This document shows positions 61,001 through 64,000 of a DNA stretch of 64,000 nucleotides, in pieces. The notes under the pieces were generated by a model. The model ran no database searches. It had not been told where the DNA came from and was given only the letters and a program-made list of their open reading frames with translations. The DNA is from Lytechinus pictus (lineage: Eukaryota). The stretch is from positions 12,400,001 through 12,464,000 of the forward strand of contig NC_087246.1 in NCBI RefSeq assembly GCF_037042905.1, in the 5' to 3' direction. Numbering within the stretch: position 1 is the first letter of the stretch; every line of letters begins with the position of its first letter. The position numbers and the translations under genes were made by a program.

Positions 61001-63482
61001 GGATTTAAAGAAACATCAACACACAAAATAAGCTGCTAAAATACACAAAGTGCATAATTTGCATTACATGCTCTTTAAGCTCTTTAAACCCAAGGGGGAT
61101 GTTTTAAGCTAATAAGGCAGGCAGGTGCATTTCATCACAACACACTTTTTCTATCTCTGTTACCATGTTGTTTTGCAAAGCTCCTGGGGACTCCAATCGC
61201 TTGGGATGTGAGCTTCTAGCAAACAGGTGCATTTTGATCATGACACGCTCTATAACTCTGATGCCATGTTGTTTTGCACAGCTCCTGAGAAGACTTTGAA
61301 TAGCTAGGGGTATGCAAGTTTTTATTCTAAAAGGTGCTTCGAGTTAGGGGTGTGCTTTCATATACACAAAGCAAGCGGGTGCAATCAGATTGGTGTTTCA
61401 TAAAGCTGTTCTTAAGATACGAATGACTTTATGCACGACTGGTGATCGTTTCTTAAGCTATGTGATATCTCTATGTAATTGAATTATGACCTAAGAACAT
61501 GCTCCAGTCGTGCGTAACTTTACGAACAGCTTTATGAAACACCCACCTGATCATGACTCTGCCTCTCTGCCTCTACAACCATGCTGTTTTCACTGTTCCT
61601 GAGAAGTTTGAATAGTTAGGGATGTGTAAGCTCTTTACTCTAAAAGGTGCATTGTGCAGTTGCATGTATAACTTCATATACACAAAGCAAGTGGGTGAAC
61701 TGTGATTGCACTCTCTCCTTTGAGTTTCAACATGTGCAAGATGCTAATCTATAATGTGGCTCTTTGATTAAGAGTGCGTGCAATCATGCATTTCAAGCAA
61801 GCAGGTGGATCACAACACACTCTCTACTACCATGTGTTTCTGTACTGTTCCAGGGGATTCTAGATAGCTAGGGATGTGTAAGCTACTGGCTTCAAGCACA
61901 GGACTCTCTCCCCTATGTTCCCGTCTCAACTTCTCCAGCTCAATGAGAAGTGTTCCCAGCTACTCAGATGATGGGGCGAGGCATGGGGGCGGGGCATGGT
62001 GAGCAAATGAGTACATGCATGAGGGTGGGGGTGGGGAGAAATACATTGATAGGAAAAATACAGGTGAATGAATGAAAACAAAGGAAATGCACAATGCCAT
62101 TGGTATAAAAATAGAGATAAAAAAATAAAATGCAAATTAGCAGGAAAAATTAGATAGTCCATATCAAAAGTGAACTGTAACAAATTCTCCTTACACATGA
62201 TGCCATACCAAAGATGAATAATTTATTGATGGAAGAGGGATATCAAATGTGAGAATCAAATTAAAAAAAAAACCCAACTGAACCATGGGGATAAAACTGA
62301 TTTTTCTTCATGACATGATAAAAAATGAAAGTATGAAATCTATCTTACCAACAAGTTGAAATCATAAACAAATAATGCATGCATGTTTCAAATGATAGAT
62401 GACCACATGAGACAATGCAACCAATGACACTTTATATAAATGATGATGTGACAAATAAAACAACAAAGATAGGATGAAATATCCAACAAAGTTCAGAATA
62501 CCATTTCAAATTATAAATATGTTTAATATATTCTGCTCAATTAGGCATATCTTTATAACATAAAGATACAAACTGATAAAGTAAAGTGAATGGGATGGAT
62601 AGAAAGAATTACTGTATTTACCATTTCAATGATTTCTAATGCTGCCTCAGGGAATGGAAGAAGCTTGGATATAGCCAAGTTGGTTTGGTTTGTCAGTCCT
62701 GAAAAATTGAAAAGGTACAAAATCTCAACTATTGAGAAGGCTGTGCATTGGAGTTAACAGATACAATACATTGACCCACTATTAGATTGACTACCGGTAC
62801 CCAGTTTAAAATGAAGTAATGTGTATTTCCTTGTTTCATAAATGACCAAAAGAAAGAAGCTGGAAACTTGGATATAGCAACGTCAAAGTCCTGTTAGAGT
62901 TCACTTTTACAACTCCAACTTCGTAGCAGGCAATGCAGTAATTAATTTGAATTTGTATACTGGTACATAGAGTGCACATCAGTGTAGACAACCTCCTGAT
63001 TTATAGCAAGTTTTTAAATTTCACAAACAAGTTGAGAAGCTAACAGCTTGCTTGTGAAAACTAAAAACTTAAACAGAAGCCAAATCTACTGTATTTAATC
63101 AAAGTTTATTCTCTTCACTTGCTCTCAGCTACAATGATTCCAAGAGCTTATAACATTTATCAGTAAAAATCAAAGACAAATTGCTTCTTGAAACACACCC
63201 AGCACCGTACACCAAGTATCAGAGTTGTGGAAGGGTAAAGGACTTACCTAGCAAAGCCTGGAGACTGGAGCTTGCTTGTAGCAGCCTATCCCCTGGATCT
63301 GACTGAGGGAAGAAAACAGATGGAGGGATGGATGAAGAGATCTCTTCTTCAAACCTGAAACCAACAGACTTGAGAAGCTCCTGCCAACCTCGGACTGGCC
63401 CAACTCTCTTGGTGATGCTAAGCTGTGTGGTGTACATGGGGTTGGTCTGACCGCGGTTGATGCGTTGCAGAGACTTCTCGAT
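55932..63482 (-). CDS. TTC28: Tetratricopeptide repeat protein 28, 3' part; complement(join(55932..58015,59341..59448,60343..60454,62622..62698,63248..63482)), 5'-partial
   Basis: The spliced peptide IEKSLQRINRGQTNPMYTTQ...GWQELLKSVGFRF...VFFPQSDPGDRL...LWQTPGCHELLSSLGFD...RRFIHYTLQGLLAIF...LESFSSMESL matches my recollection of the post-CHAT region of vertebrate TTC28; all junctions are GT-AG and phase-consistent. Confidence 0.93.
58303..59001. mobile_element. Kolobok-like non-autonomous element in the last TTC28 intron
   Basis: TTAA|AGGTCCTA ... TAGGACCT|TTAA (TTAA at 58299-58302 and 59002-59005); CpG-rich interior. Confidence 0.7.
59341..59448 (-). CDS. TTC28: TTC28 internal exon
   Basis: GFDVIDMGPEEVLLITRKQVSRRFIHYTLQGLLAIF; CAG acceptor and GTAAGT donor on the minus strand. 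Confidence 0.92.
60343..60454 (-). CDS. TTC28: TTC28 internal exon
   Basis: LQHVQSKYSRDGEGGMQLPVNVKLWQTPGCHELLSSL; TAG acceptor, GTGAGG donor. Confidence 0.9.
61115..61890. repeat. Degenerate ~100-200-bp tandem repeat in a TTC28 intron
   Basis: Recurrent CAGGTG...CACAACACAC...ACCATGTTGTTTTGC...CTCCTG...ATAGCTAGGGATGTGTAAGCT motif series, about 4-5 units. Confidence 0.6.
61386..61549. mobile_element. Palindromic MITE (same family as 39912-40089)
   Basis: GTTTCATAAAGCTGTTC...CGACTGGTGATC ... CCAGTCG...TACGAACAGCTTTATGAAACACCCACCTG. Confidence 0.75.
62622..62698 (-). CDS. TTC28: TTC28 internal exon
   Basis: GLTNQTNLAISKLLPFPEAALEIIEM; CAG acceptor, GTAAAT donor; phases fit. Confidence 0.85.
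63248..63482 (-). CDS. TTC28: TTC28 internal exon
   Basis: IEKSLQRINRGQ...SDPGDRLLQASSSLQALL; CAG acceptor at 63485-63483, GTAAGT donor at 63247-63242. Confidence 0.93.
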
Positions 63483-64000
63483 CTGGAGGCAAAGAAGAGG
63501 AGATGTGTTGATCTCATAGGAATGGGTGTACCAATGTAAAGGAGAGAAAGAATGAGGGATTGGAATATAAAGAGTTACAAGAGAGGACATGGATAGAAGG
63601 AAAATGTGACATAGACAGGCAAAGACAGGAAAGAAAGACATCTCATGAGAAAAGTAAGTTGACAATGTTTAGAAGAACAAAAATAAAGAAAAAGATCATA
63701 CCAAAATATAGTATCGAGTCAAATGTCAGACAAGATGTACAAGTTTAGAAAAAAATAAGAAAACTAAAATACTGAAAAGGGCTGAAGATATTTAATATAT
63801 TGTGGAGACAGAGAGGAATGGTTATTGATAAACAGAGTTCACATCAGAGCATTGATTAAAAATTAGGACTAATCCAGTAATGAGAGAAAAAACTAAGAAA
63901 AAGAGAGTTAAACCTTAGGTAAATGAAATAGTTCTATCAAGTTAAAAAAAAAAAACAGGCTACACAAATACAACATTTACAACAAGCTATTTAAATAGAT

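Overview
AT-rich, intron-rich animal genomic DNA, most likely an echinoderm such as a sea urchin (inferred from the repeat families and a histone H3 relic; not proven). It contains one 176-N assembly gap. Three spliced protein-coding genes can be rebuilt by hand with phase-consistent GT-AG junctions. (1) TPST, tyrosylprotein sulfotransferase, + strand, join(13307..14121,26993..27440), 420 aa. (2) A 9-coding-exon, 616-aa FAD-dependent geranylgeranyl-reductase (GGR)-family flavoprotein, + strand, 38825..48664, with a Pro/Ser-rich N-terminus and a hydrophobic membrane-anchor-like segment; this family is classically known from plants, bacteria and archaea. (3) The last five coding exons of TTC28, - strand, 55932..63482, continuing beyond the window. 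The remainder is intronic or intergenic DNA dense in non-autonomous elements: Tc1/mariner-, Harbinger-, P-, Kolobok- and Mutator-like MITEs, three Helentron/DINE-1-type elements and a tRNA SINE. Highlights: the animal GGR-family enzyme with an altered substrate-pocket motif, lying between TPST and TTC28 (neighbours on human 22q12.1); two inverted near-identical 1.8-kb transposon copies bracketing its catalytic exons; an apparent 7SL(Alu)-headed SINE; and a decayed histone H3 orphon missed by the ORF track. All alignments were done by eye against remembered sequences; no database searches were run.
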